Source of the DNA: Perkinsus olseni
Taxonomy: Eukaryota
Assembly: GCA_013115125.1 (NCBI GenBank)
Contig: JABANN010000146.1
Span: 1-61,863 of the forward strand
Reading direction: 5' to 3'
Length of the DNA: 61,863 bases
The notes under the pieces were generated by a model. That model saw only the letters and a program-made list of their open reading frames with translations, was not told the origin of the DNA and searched no databases. The number at the start of each line of letters is the position of its first letter. Position 1 is the first letter of the stretch. Below, in pieces: positions 38,101-50,705 of the stretch. The position numbers and the translations under genes are program-made.

Positions 38101-41100
38101 CCCAGTCCCTCTGCAAGCATGTTAGAAGAGCAACCAAAGCTTCCTTTCCTGAGGACAGCCACTGGTCGAAATGTATCGAGTCAGCGCTACCGGAGAGAAC
38201 TTTGCAGTAGCCGCTGCCGACCCTCCGCGATTCGGGATCCCTGAATGGTCCCCCGTCGTGAACCTGAACTGGCTTCCTCCCCGCTAGCCAATACAGTTGT
38301 GAGAGGGCGAATCGAATTCTAGCTTCGAAAACCCTGGTTGTGTTCTTTTGAAGGAAAGCGTTAGGCATCCTAGTTGCTCCTCCCATACTCTGCCACCTCA
38401 ACTCGCCATGGTGAATTCCTCAACAGACCAAGGGCAGATTCTTATAATCAACGACTCTGTTATAGCCCCAGCTGCTGTGACGTGGATGACGAGGCAGCTC
38501 GGCCTCGGCCGCTCAGATGAGGCCCCACATCTCGCCAAGCTGTCCTGTATCGATCCTCTCGACGGGTGCTCAGGAGGCAACGGCCACTGGCGCTACAGTC
38601 AGAATCCCTACTGCACGGCGGGCCAACTCGCATGTGGACTCTACGGTTGTATCTGCGTGGTAGTGTATTAGGGAACGACGGCCTTGTCAGGCGCGAATTG
38701 ATGACGACCATACTGGCGTTTCCGATTATTCATGTCTTGCTCGTCTCAACTTCGATCGTCGAACTAGCAAACTTCGTTCGATATCAATCATCATCATTAT
38801 CATTATCATTATCAGAGTTGCTCTACTTCTATCAAAGCCCGCATCTCAATCTTCGTATACACAGACCATTAGGAGGTCTGACTCTTCATCTAGTTTCCGT
38901 AGCAGCGAAACCCGCCAGAAGGACCGCATTCCGTTCAAGTAAAACCTTCTTGTTGACTGTATGTACAATAATTCATGGAAACCCGGGGAGAGTCTACGTG
39001 ATGAGAGTTTCCCCCCCTACGCTCCATAAACAACTTCCATGCATCCCTCGATCGAGTTGGGCACCCTAGAATCGAGTGCTAGGAGGCTTCGATGAACCTT
39101 CATAAAAGGGACAGGTAACCCTCCAGTTACAGGGTTACACAAAAAAAGCCTACCGTCGCGTCACAATCATCACCCACTCCCGAGAACAGCTGTCGATGGA
39201 CCACTGCGCTGCCGCTGTGCAGCACTCTCCGAACGTAGCTAACAGAGCCCGAATCGTCCTTCAGACAGCTAGATGCGGCCAGGGTGATGTTGTCCTGCCA
39301 GTGATCAGACGCCACCGAAGATTTCCCATTTGCTTGCCTTCCAGGGCCTAGCTGCCGTTGCCGGAGCCCGGTGAGGGATGCAAGGGTCCTCACTAAGGAC
39401 AGCGGCGTTGCAGCACGGATCAGCATAGTAACTGCGGGGGTGCTTCTCAGTATGCGCCGGTCGTCTTGTGCATGCATGCATAGCTAATACACAATCCTCC
39501 CCCCGAACTAGAAGGCTGAACTTTATACCTCTCCCGTTCTGCTTCGAATATGCGCAATAACGGAATAGCAACAGGAGGCTATGCTGCTCGGCCCTTCTTC
39601 GTAACCGACTGACCTCGAGGGGTCTGTGAAGGGGTCCTTCCGACAGAAACGTATCTTTGGGTTGACTTCGACCAATTTAGGAATGATGAGATCCTCGGCA
39701 AGCTGCCAACATTTTCCAAAGACGTCGGTAGCGGTATATGACAATGCACGGTCTGCCAGGTTGCGCATTCGACGGCCCTTCCAAAGCCTGTGCCTGAGAG
39801 GTTGCAGCCCTCGGAAGGCTCTAGGGACACTGGAGCTACATCGTGCATACAGGCCTTCCACTGGAGGAATGTGATGCACTTCTTGCGTTGTGGGAGGACA
39901 AATGCTTGAGGAAGCCTGAGAGGAGGAGGCAATCAACTTTTTGTAGGAGCCCGAACACTTGGGTGGCACCCAATGGGTGGACGAGGGAGGGAGAGAGAAT
40001 CATCGAGTTCAGGCCTACCCACACTACACTGGCGAAACTCTGTGGCGTTCATTCTTTCATTGTTGATTGAATTCCGTCGCGGATGATCACCCTAACTCAC
40101 CCAGAGCTTACCAAATTTTAGACTTCTCGCTTCGGGGCTGACCTCATCGGCTGTGCTGTGAGGCTCCGGGCGAGGATACTCCGTACTGTGATCGACGCAA
40201 CTCTGCTCTAGTCGACCGGCGTCTCGCATTCTCATCTCAATCTGGAGAGAGAAGTTCCAAGGCCTCTGGCGTCGATCACTTGGGAACATCGGTCGCCTTC
40301 CATAACCGTGATAAAACCCTCACAATACTCCACGAGATAAACAGCCAAGTTTGACTGTAATATAGCATGCGCTGCTACTGTGAAGTCGCATCCCTCTCCC
40401 TTTTAGCGAGCTTAGTGGCTGAGCTCATTAGGAGAGGCAATAAGGTGTGTCGAACCTCATACTCCTTTTCCTTGTGAGCTCCTACTTGAGTGCCCCCTAG
40501 TGCAACAGAGAGCAATGGCTAACTCACCGCATCGATTTGGTCAATCACTCGACCCACAGCATCGATGTCGCAGCTGCCAGACTGACTAGGCGTATCTAAT
40601 GTTGACCATAGGCTGCGACGGAGCAAGTTCGCTCACGGTCCTCGAGTTCCTTTAGGACGGCTTTTTCCAGTGATAGCGCTCCCTGGCGGCCAGTGATGAG
40701 CCCATCAGGAAAGGCGATCGAACAGCGTCTGAGTCGGGGGGCGAAAGTCTCATCCTGTGGCCCTTCGCCAGCGACCAAGAAAACCAACCCGATGAGCTCT
40801 TTGGTGTCCATGAAACCGGGGGTGACGATGCTTCTATGGTGTATGATCCCTGATACCGGGCGAAGCGTTTTTGATGGCCTCGTACGACTAGAAGACTTAC
40901 TCGTCGGTATGAGCATGGCCAGCAGGCCCCGATGTTGGACCATCGCCATTTGAGTGAGTATAGAGTCAACGCTGTCATCAACTCCAAAGGTGGTGTATGG
41001 ACGAAGGGCCCACCAGAGAGTATCCGAGGGTATCTTGAGAACTCATGACAACCTGGGGTGACCCTGCCTCAACTCCTCACCGGAGGCGCCAGGAAGCCGA

Positions 41101-41983
41101 ACCGTCGTATCAAGGCCTGTGCAGTGGCGACCTTGTTTGCTGTAGTGTTCGAACAGGTCAAGTGGATGGGGAGGCCCACTACGTTCCTGCAAGAGAATCT
41201 TGAGGTGATCCGAGCTTCATCGCCACAGCTCAGGGTCGACCTTGGATATTCCTACCAGATTCCGCGACTGTAGTGTACAATAGTGGCGTTGACCCGATCG
41301 ATAGAGTGCAAGGTACGCTCACGTACATCGGTAAACACCGTATCTAGTGATAAGAGAATGGGACCTTTCAGTCCGGAGAAGATGGCCCGACCCAGTCGAT
41401 GCGGACTCCGGGCGTTGGTTAGCTTCTCGGCAAAGTCGTCCATTGTGAAGTTCCACAGGGAGGGGTCGTTTCTATCGCATACGCATTTGAGTTCGTGCGC
41501 CCGAGGATCGAGGTGTCGAGAATGGTAACAACTGAATGACTAGGATGTTACTGACTATCATGAGGGTTCTCTACCGTGGAGGGCATTCGGCGCATGCTTC
41601 GACCTCGGCAGCGTACACTTGCTCAGGACCGCACACGCGCATGTACAGATCCTCCTCGTACCGGAGTAAAACCCTAGCGTATCTGCATTAGCACAGCAAT
41701 GTGGCGTCCAGGAGCAGTGAGAGACAGGAGCCTCTCTGCTGTGTTGCATCGTCCCTGTTAGTCCTTGGAGACAGCCATTGCGTTATCTATTTATTCCTCT
41801 TTAAATGATGGGAAGACCGAGGTGAGTGTAGGGTCGTTGGGCTCACTCTTCCACTCGGCCTCCTCGTGCCAACACCCTGACCTTGTCAATCGTTGATCGC
41901 CCTCCGTAGAGGGGTGATAGCCCAGTCGACGCCACAGTGGGTATTATCAGCAACAGAGGACGACAGACATCGAAGAGCAGCAT
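29195..41983 (-). CDS. Probable giant multi-exon Cys-rich, GPI-anchored surface protein (5' end uncertain, ~42.0-42.2 kb)
   Basis: Continuous run of short minus-strand exons with Cys motifs: YYADPCCN (~39410), CSRDSDCSASGRC (~38590), ACNWN (~37420), CSYCKSD, DCRSEQGGVW, RCHEAGGEW, AVGQVIGDCVTL...DLCLSI...DFG. Last exon ends ...SITSLSVTLLHYMISLFMV* (hydrophobic tail). Several splice junctions in 31.9-33.1 kb were phase-consistent. Confidence 0.55.
32244..32317 (+). tRNA. tRNA-Arg(ACG), antisense within a 128-nt intron
   Basis: Identical to 26227-26300. Confidence 0.95.
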
Positions 41984-42270
41984 AAAAGCAACACTGCCGA
42001 ATGGTCGGCTGCTAGAGAACCATCGCAAGGGGTGAAGTTTCATCTCAGTGCCACGGAACAACTGTCCCAACCTCTGCCGAGGACGGCTCCGGATACCGGA
42101 CTCACGCCCACTGGCAACCTACTGGCCTACCAAACAATGGCGAATTACGTCGTCGTTTCGCCAACACTATCCACTGAGTTAGTGGCACTAAGCCCATCGA
42201 ATGTCGGATGGGAAGTACTCAAACTCAATTCGACGTTTTCGAGTTCGACATGAAGTGCATGTGGCCTCCT

Positions 42271-43244
42271 TCAAGGCTTCTGATATATCCTAACAGGGGC
42301 ACCGTGGCTGAGCTGGCAAGGCAGCCCCCTTACGTGTCGATCATGGCCTTGTAGTCGAGGACAAGTCCATCGGTCGAAAAGTCGCGTATGAAAATATCAA
42401 CTTCTTCCCGGGTGAAGGGCTCCCCCGCGTTCTCCATCACAGCTCTGACGAAGTACAGCGAGTTTTGACGAGTCGGACACGTCCCAACGGTGACCCAATC
42501 GATCAGATGATCATCAGAGGGTCTCGAAATCAATAACAAACTTTGCAAAGTCGAAGATTTCAGTCGCCATAGTGAAGTCTTCAGCACAAGCTGCTACTAA
42601 TTGCTGCAAATATGCAATACTAAAAGAGTACCACACCTTCGCGAGTTTGACAAACGCGCTAATTCTGACAGGATTTCAATGACCGGGCCTAGCTGACGAT
42701 CCTCTCGTCTGTGAAATCCTCGCCGTTGGATGCTGCGATGATCTTGACGTACCGGAATGCTTTGATACTGACTAGCCCGGTGTCGCCTGGGTCCATAGGG
42801 TTGAAGAAGGCTGACAGGTCGAGTTGGGTGTGCTGCATCAAGTGCTCAGAGCATCGTCCACAGAAATCGAGAAATTGTTGTGGTGACACCCGAGGGTCCT
42901 CCACCTTAGCGGCTTTCACCTCTGCCTAAAGATTGACAGAGACGTTGTCTGGCGGCGTGAACGACGAGCTCCGAGCTTTGTCGACTGACCTCGAAAGCCC
43001 GGACCATCGCGTTGGTCGGACTGAAGCCACAGAGACGCAGCAGATGGCCGAGGTCCGAAGGTGAGCAGCCCTGACCGTCCTGAGGACCCAAGACTGTGGC
43101 CGAGTTTACGGTGGGAATTGTACCCACCTGATTGAAGCTTTGGTATTGCTCCAGATAATAATCTGACTTAGCCTTGGAAGCACCGTTAGTCGCTGAGTCT
43201 GCTTGTGCGCGGATCGTCGGATTCCCATTGACCGGTCTACTCAT
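42271..43244 (-). CDS. Calmodulin/myosin light chain-like EF-hand protein (multi-exon)
   Basis: DLGHLLRLCGFSPTNAMV, FNPMDPGDTGLVSIKAFR|AVMENAGEPFTREEVDIFIRDFSTDGLVLDYKAMI. Confidence 0.8.
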
Positions 43245-44287
43245 GTCGACGCGTTTAAAGTAGCTGAACAGTCAGAGGAGCTCAGTAGTCGATTCGTGCC
43301 AAATCACTCGACCTCGGTGACAAGCTCCACTGGAGAGGCATGTGGGCTTCGAAAACTTCCCTGGGGGAAGTCACGGTGTTGAAGATGACTCCTTGGGAAC
43401 ACAATCGGAAATGTTTGAGTGGAAGAAATAATCCAACTGAGAGGATAGTAATAATCATCTCTACAGTGTCAATCATCGACCAATACTTATCAATATCATA
43501 GTGCTACCAAAATGGGAGGGTATCTTGCCGTTACGATTCTGTGTGATATCGGGCGAGCGATGTCACACGTCAACAACGGTGAAACTAGCGTTGGCCAGCA
43601 AGCTAGACTGCGTCGCACCAGTGGCCGCCTCGAGACTGTCATGCTGATAGTCCCAACAGTCATTGGTAGTGAACTCGTCAGTAAACCCTTCAAGTTCATT
43701 CATCAATCGACATCCAAGTTGTGGCGGGAATCTTGGATTCTCAGACCGTGGCGACGTGGCGTCCTTGATTGTGTGATGCACCTTGTGTCGCTATAGCGCA
43801 CCTTTTAATAAAAAAACTCAGAGATTTGCTCCACCAAAAAGGCCTGATGCCCTCGGCTCCCAGGAGCCTGTGTCGTGAGAGACCGCGGGCGGGACACCAC
43901 GTGCTTCATGAGGACCCCTACGCTTTGTCACATTGAGCTGACTTCGGACCCTGAACTTGAATACGCCGAACTTTGGCAGCGGCAAAGAGGCACTGGTCCA
44001 GTACAGGACTAGTTCTCAGAATCAAATCTCAGAATGCATTCCGAAATCTGTTCTGGATGCAGTTTAATGAACACGATTTCGCCAAAACTAATTCTGGAAT
44101 GTATTCTAAATTTCGGAATAAGTTTACTGAACACCCCGGTAAGCTTTGAATCGAAAATTGTACGCGCGGGATAGATTCGCCCGTTTCAAATTCGTGCATC
44201 CGACTTCGCTCGCCTCCGCGAATTTGGCGCAGAGTGGCTTGATTTCGGAGGAGAATTGTACGTCATTGCCGTTACATTCGGGTTTAT

Positions 44288-45689
44288 CAGGTCCGGCGGT
44301 GACCCTAGCAGACCTGCAAGAGATGCCCGGACTATGAGCTTTCCATCACCTGCGATCATAATGAGGTATCCGAGTTTGCCAGATGCCGACCGGATCAAGG
44401 TCAGTCCGTAAGATGAGTATAAGGATATGAAAAGGGAACTTCCGAAGATTTGGCACGGACATTGTCGACTCATTGTGACTTCCCTCACCCCGCCTTCTGA
44501 GGCACTGCCAAGATCCAGGCTCGTATTGGCTCTCCAGAAGGTGTTTTAGTTCCCGGAGACTGCAGTGTTCCATTGCCAGTGGAGGGGAGAAGGACTGTGA
44601 TGGGAACAACGAATAGTCGGGAGTATCTTTTCTCCGCGTCGTGGATGCATGGCAGATGCCTCAGCGGACTGCCAGGGTCGTCGGAATTCACGCAAGGCTG
44701 TACAGGGGGGGCCTCGGGAACTGCGAGGATCCGTTCGTCCGACGGACGATCGCTACCGGTATGGGAGGATCGGAGCAAAGTCCGGGCACCCACTCGTAGG
44801 TTGGAGAACTCCTGAACCCGGTGGGAAGTGGGAGCATAATACCCGATGCAGGATTCGAACCTACGACCATCTGCTCCGTAGGCAGACATTCTATCCAGCT
44901 GAACTAATCGGGCTATATTAGTGAAGCCGAGATCCGAGTCTCATTTCAGCGGCATGTAACGCTGGGGATATCCTCATGCGAAACATTCAAACTTCATCGC
45001 CGGCCGAATGTTCGTTTCCGTATGACGTCGGATTGACTGCATCCTCCTAGTGCTTCACGCGCATGTGGGAGTCGAAGAAGCTTGAGAACTGCTGTAGGCC
45101 GATGATTGGCTATGGGCTTGCAAATGCGGTCGAGCTTCCCACCAAAACTCGTCAACTCGACTCGTCCCGTCCTGCCGATCAATTCTGAGATCATCGGACT
45201 GCTACTAAACAGCTGCAACAGATCGTACGACAATCGTTCGGTATTGTGAACAGGTGTACTGTTGCGGTCTGCCAAGGTGCAGACAGCAAAACAATCCGGG
45301 TAGCAGAGGGTGAGCCACCACGGCGGCCAAACCAGCAGATACACAAGCACAATAGCCGACGCTCATCACTATAACGGTCTGGCGATGACTGATTAAAACT
45401 ATTATAGTACTGAGCTAGAGCTGAAGCACAGCAAGCTACGTGGGAAAGTGGGTCACGTGCCCATGCATGCACCACTCCACACTACGCAGGCTTCGCGCAG
45501 GGATCACACCACCGCGACCACCGGCAAATCTAGGCCATGAATTACTTCTCTTTTTGAAGAGTCTCCAGCACCAGTTCGCCGCTCAGCGGCAGACCTGGGA
45601 TGAAGGCCGCCCAGAGAGAATCCAACTCCATGACATGCCTCGGTTCAACCTTACTTCTCCCCACGATCTACTTACCTTTCGTGTTGTGA
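44288..45689 (+). pseudogene. Decayed, internally deleted inverted duplicate of the 3' part of the giant Cys-rich gene
   Basis: RCPDYELSITCDHNEVSEFARCR (~44320) matches RCSDYEPFTTCDHDEIAKLIKCR (~32990) with the same splice sites. Frameshifts and a W-to-stop change near 44812. Last-exon homolog SNSMTCLGSTLLLPTIYLPFVL* ends at 45689. Confidence 0.8.
44840..44913 (-). tRNA. tRNA-Arg(ACG)
   Basis: Exact reverse complement of the other two copies. Confidence 0.93.
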
Positions 45690-45767
45690 GGTTTTACTCG
45701 TGTTGGAACATGGAGAGGGCGTGGCACAACCGAAATATGTCCATAAGCAGCAAATACATGTTGTAGA

Positions 45768-45839
45768 GGCCCTGTGGCGCAACGGTAGCGCATCTGACTC
45801 CAGATCAGAAGGTTGTCCGTTCGAATCGGGCCGGGGTCA
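45768..45839 (+). tRNA. tRNA-Trp(CCA)
   Basis: Identical to 29034-29105; followed by AGTTTT. Confidence 0.95.
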
Positions 45840-46019
45840 AGTTTTCAATTCCCACATCAAGCCGAGGGAACGTTCGGATAGTCATTGAATCCGCCAACCG
45901 CCGCTAAGAAAAGATCCCCAAATCACTCGGGAAATTCGTCAATGGTAACGCTCACGAACGACTCGGAACAAATACCACTGCCCGATCATGTCCAACCCGA
46001 ACTTTGTATAAACGCAAGT

Positions 46020-46710
46020 CTACCCAGAATACTCAAAATGATTGAATCGCTCTTCTGATCTCCAATATACTTCCCCGTAGGAAGCGAGCACTTCGCTGCC
46101 GGCCTAATGCAGTAAAGGTCGTCCAAGTCGCTCTTGAGATGAGATACTCACAGGAATATCGCGTGTGGCCACAACCTTTGCCACGCGTCGCTTCTTGTCT
46201 TTGATGAACTTTGCATTCAACCTGTTTGAATCTTTACAATCATTGATATATCTCCCCCAGACGTTAAATGAATACTTCGCATCGATATGGCAGTTGATGC
46301 CGAAGCCTCCTGAAAGGGGAAGGCACCTCACACAACCAACCGACATTCCATCAACTCACCCATAATGTAAGACCGGTCTCGAGCTTTGAGCGTCTGAGTT
46401 AAACTGAGGAGGCGTCCTGAATACTCGCAGATGAGTGACCCCTCGGGAAAGCATTTGGTAGTGAATAGACCGAGCTGTTTCTGTACCACATCCGATGCTC
46501 GAACTTGCAAACCTGAAATGTACTTTTTCCCATCGCTAGCTGCGTGAAATTCTTTTGCCAGGCGACCGCGAGATGGAATAAGATTCGGGACGTACCAGGA
46601 AATGTCGAATAATCGAACTTCACGCGACTAAGCGGCAAGCCCGGGAAGACCTCAAAATCGTCATCGCCGTTGGTAGACAGATTGACAAGGTGAAGAATCG
46701 TGAACTGCCT
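46020..46710 (-). CDS. Small SET-domain protein (start not resolved)
   Basis: LGLFTTKCFPEGSLICEYSG, HIDAK...WGRYIND, NAKF, VVATRDIPAGSEVLASYGEVYW. Confidence 0.85.
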
Positions 46711-47355
46711 ACACAGACTGACCGCGAAATCGATTCAGTCCCAGTGGGTTACAACACAACAAGTCGCAATAGCCAGCCACTACACATTGCAACCGTAGAG
46801 AAGCTGCTACGACCACCACCGCCAAACCGTAGTAAAACATCAACGCTACACGATTGCCGCCTCACCACTATTGGGAAAACGTTGTCTCCACTATTGGCAC
46901 TTTGGCACTGAGAACCATACGTCCAGCAGGAGACGGGTACTGAGGGCCCTAAAATCATCGGTAGGCCCTCATGAGAGGAACTACTACTACACGACGCAGC
47001 TAGGGAGGAGCAGAAGTACACAGATTGAACAGAATACACTCCTCGAACGGATCAACCCATCGAGAAGAGGCCCACTCAAAGGGCAAACAATTAGTAAGCC
47101 ATCACAGCGTCTGTGAACGCATCTTGGCTTAGCGAAGGGAGTCGACGAATGCTTCAGACTCCAAATCAAAATAAGGTACCCCGTACAGGAGACCAGTAAC
47201 AGTAACAACAACAGCTCTTCAACGACGACCGAGTGTCTTTGCACGTTGTAGCAATAATATTCACATAGGAACAGGAGGATCCGAAAAGAATAGTAAAGGA
47301 GGGCTCCAGCTGAGCCTCTGATGATGAGGAAAAATAACGGTGGCGATATAGGACA

Positions 47356-48321
47356 TCAGAAACCATCATAAGTCTCCACTTTAATGACCGCGTTGTTGTT
47401 GTTGACCATTTGATCGGACCCAATCGACCTAGCCAGCATAGCATCAGCTGCCTCTCGGAAAACCACAAATCCCGTCTTGGGAGGCACCGGACGGCCGCAC
47501 TTGGAGGGGCAGCGAGACTTCAATGGAAGCATCAGCACATGCTCGACTGCGTCCTTCTTGCCGAGAAGAGCGTCAAAGTAGGCCTTGATCCTGGTGCTGC
47601 ATCTGTTACCGAGTCTGTGGCAACGCTTTACCATCAAAACACGGGCGCGACACTCAGCTTCGGTCGGGGGCAGCAAGTTCTTCACGTCATTGAGAGTGAG
47701 AACAGCACAGACGCCGGTGGAGCCCGTAGTGGTGGTATAAATATCGTCGATTGAGAGAAGGTCATCCATCGGGGCTTCATGGTGGTCATGGTGCTGAGGG
47801 GTCTCCTTCGCCTGAGCCACAGAGAGGTCGTTGAAGTCATAAGGCGATAGAGGAGAGTCGAAGCTCGTGACTGTCACGAGTGGACCGAGGACCCCGGGAG
47901 AGCAAACCTTGGCGACATCCGCGACCTCAGGCAGGACCAAAACGGCGACTGCAACGCGCAGGGCATCATCGAAGCCAGCGGCAGCGGCAGGAGACGGAGC
48001 CAGCACGAAGAGGGACTCGACCGCGGGAGGAATACGAGAAGTGACGAAGTTGAGGGTCGGCGGGGCGGAGCTCTGCTGGGGATGAATCGCGACCATCAGA
48101 CGCCTTTTCTCTGGGAGCATGTCGAGAACCTCCCCAACCAGAGCCGCTTCGTCAACGAAAAAGCGCACGGAGGACTCAGTCCCGAGCATGCTGAGCCCGA
48201 GGGGGTTCGAGGGAAGCTGGTCGACCGAGGGCGTGTAGAGGTCGCCACAAAGGCTACCAGAGGCTGTGGAGATCGGCGAGAGAGGCGCTACTGTCGGGTA
48301 CTTGCTGGCGAAGTCCATCAT
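47356..48321 (-). CDS. Intronless protein with divergent C-terminal RRM
   Basis: Single long ORF; likely start MMDFASK at 48321. RVLMVKRCHRLG...VEHVLML...PKTGFVVFREAADAMLA is an RRM-like pattern resembling a family recalled from dinozoans. Confidence 0.75.
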   Translation of the reverse strand: MMDFASKYPTVAPLSPISTASGSLCGDLYTPSVDQLPSNPLGLSMLGTESSVRFFVDEAALVGEVLDMLPEKRRLMVAIHPQQSSAPPTLNFVTSRIPPAVESLFVLAPSPAAAAGFDDALRVAVAVLVLPEVADVAKVCSPGVLGPLVTVTSFDSPLSPYDFNDLSVAQAKETPQHHDHHEAPMDDLLSIDDIYTTTTGSTGVCAVLTLNDVKNLLPPTEAECRARVLMVKRCHRLGNRCSTRIKAYFDALLGKKDAVEHVLMLPLKSRCPSKCGRPVPPKTGFVVFREAADAMLARSIGSDQMVNNNNAVIKVETYDGF

Positions 48322-48971
48322 AACGAGAGGAAGATGAGTAGAATAATAATGAGTATTAAAATTGCTGAACGAACGCAGAACATTCACGAAAGATCATCCT
48401 AGTGAGAAGAGAGGCTAGACTGAGTCCTTAGTTTCTTCCGGTCGGCATGATCGCTACAAACCTCGGTTTCGGCGTCGTTGAACATTCGGTTGGAGTGGGA
48501 GACAGATGCGTGGGGTTCTTGTGTAGGCCATCGGTGAGGTCACGCTAGCAGGGAGAAGAATGCAGCACCATCGCTGGTCACGCTATCTTTGTGTGCTTTT
48601 CGCCGTGCGCCACCTATAAGCTTTCGTGTGGTACCATTACCGCTCTATAACGATTACTTACTATAACGCATCACTCTATAACGATCAAGCTTCAACCTAA
48701 GATACGAGCACCTTCGTCAACCGACGCTATACTCCGAGAAATTCCTTCAAGATGAACAGCCACGAGAACCTCGTCGAGTGGTACTTTTCGACCTCAAAGA
48801 TACTTGTGCATGCGTGCAGCATAGCTCGCCGTCCGACCATCCGGCCAGCGGTCGACTTTCTACTCTCTCGATGACGACTACCTGGACGGCAGATTGTGAA
48901 GGGACAGCGTGAACACAACAAAAGCAGCAGAATGGGTATGCTACACAATAGGGACAGGGCAGTCATGGTAG

Positions 48972-49373
48972 TCATCGCCAATTCTCGCGGACATACTCAG
49001 TAGCATGGCGGTAGGCCTGCCGCTGTCTGGCGATATCAGAAGGGGATCTTCCTCTCAACGACGCGGATCGACCTCGGATCTCGTCATCAAAGCCCCCTTG
49101 TGTCCTGGGGACAGGAGAGTTGCTTCGAAGACGTCTTAGGATGGCATTTTCCTCTCTGAGAACGCGAAGCTCCTTGAGAGCATCGGACGCCCCTTCCCGA
49201 AGCTCAGCGTTGTCACAACGTAGTTGGCGGTTCTCGGCACGAAGGCGGACGATCTCCTCGGCCATCTCCTGGTTCGCTTGCAGTTGGAGTGGTATGGACT
49301 GTGAGATACGGGCCTCGAGGAGGGCTAATCGGGAGGAGGCAGTAGACGACATCTCATGGGAATAGGACGCCAC
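48972..49373 (-). CDS. Small coiled-coil hypothetical protein
   Basis: Heptad-rich ORF: EEIVRLRAENRQLRCDNAELRE...ELRVLREENAILRRL. Confidence 0.6.
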   Translation of the reverse strand: MASYSHEMSSTASSRLALLEARISQSIPLQLQANQEMAEEIVRLRAENRQLRCDNAELREGASDALKELRVLREENAILRRLRSNSPVPRTQGGFDDEIRGRSASLRGRSPSDIARQRQAYRHATEYVRENWR

Positions 49374-49499
49374 AACGGACCCCTAGCAAGCAGGAGGGCA
49401 ACGACAAACGCCTTGGCGTCGCCGTAGCGCCGCAGAGGCCTTGTCAACTCCGCGACGACAACAACAATGTTTTCCAATTTCGTCTTAAGGCAGCGCCCT

Positions 49500-50643
49500 G
49501 ATTCAAGATTCCTTTCATCAGGTGAGTTCATCATCCGCCAACTGTAATGGCAAAGACTGCAAGAAAGACTGTGGGCAGACTGTTGCTCTCTCTTCCTTAC
49601 GTGCTGCACCACCGGAAATTGCTCCATCAGCCCCACCCCTGAGTAACCCACCAAGAAAACTAAAGATATCTGATCGATCTTCTCCATTCAACTTCTCGTC
49701 GATTTCCCCTCACTCAAACACCTTCGATCCCCTCCGTCACGCGCCACGAAATCATCAACTCAACAGCACCATCAAGAAGCATCACGTACGAGTAGCTCTC
49801 CGTGCCATGTGTCCATGAGTCTCCAACCACTTGGTGAGCTCTAACGTCCGGTCGCGCATGGTCTTGGCCTTCTGTCTGCTCCGAGACGACGAGGCGTACG
49901 TGCTACCCCTATGCCTGACCTCCTTCGAGGACCCCTTCTCACTCTGCTGCAGTCGTTCCAATATCTTACAACCCCTTCCCATCCTCGTCTCCCTCTTCAC
50001 AGCTGGTCTGGGCACCGTCGCCGGCTGAGCCTCCTCCGGCGAGAACGTCCGCAGGAGGTCTTGGACCACCCTCTGTTGCTCATCATCAGCCACTCCAAAA
50101 TCATCAGCCAGTCGGGCATCCCTCAGTTGAGCGACCTCAAGCGCGAGGTCAAGGGTGTCCCGGATGATATTGTTGAACTTGCACGACCGCCGACCACCCG
50201 CGGGCTCAAGCGCCTCTCGTTGCCTAAGGAGCTCTCGACGAAGCGGTAGGAGTTGGGCAAGTTGTGGTATCCGCGGCTCGGCAGGCTCCGAGCAAGGCGA
50301 GGACAGGTTGACCTGAGTAGAATAACGGTGCCATATTGATACCGCTCCATCCGCACCTAGCTCCGGTGACACAACCTTCAAAAAGCTAAACCAATTCCGT
50401 ATGTGAGAGCTTCGATATAGATACTTCCTCGAGCAACAAAGGGGATCCGTCATAAAAAAACCTCTGTCCGAAATTTCAGCTCGCATCTGGGAATATCGGA
50501 TGTCTGAGCTCGGCCGCCAAAGCGTCCTTACACGACAGGAACAGCATTGGACCTAGGGCGCTACCTGGACAGCCGCTGTTGTCTGTCTTCGAGTGGCGAT
50601 AAGATCCTTCAGTCTAGCCGTGCGCACAGCAAAGGATTTCTTC

Positions 50644-50705
<62 letters not shown>

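Noticed and set aside
34800-41800. Degenerate retrotransposon or transposase
   Set aside because: No RT, integrase or DDE motifs recognised. The stops are better explained by short introns of the giant Cys-rich gene.
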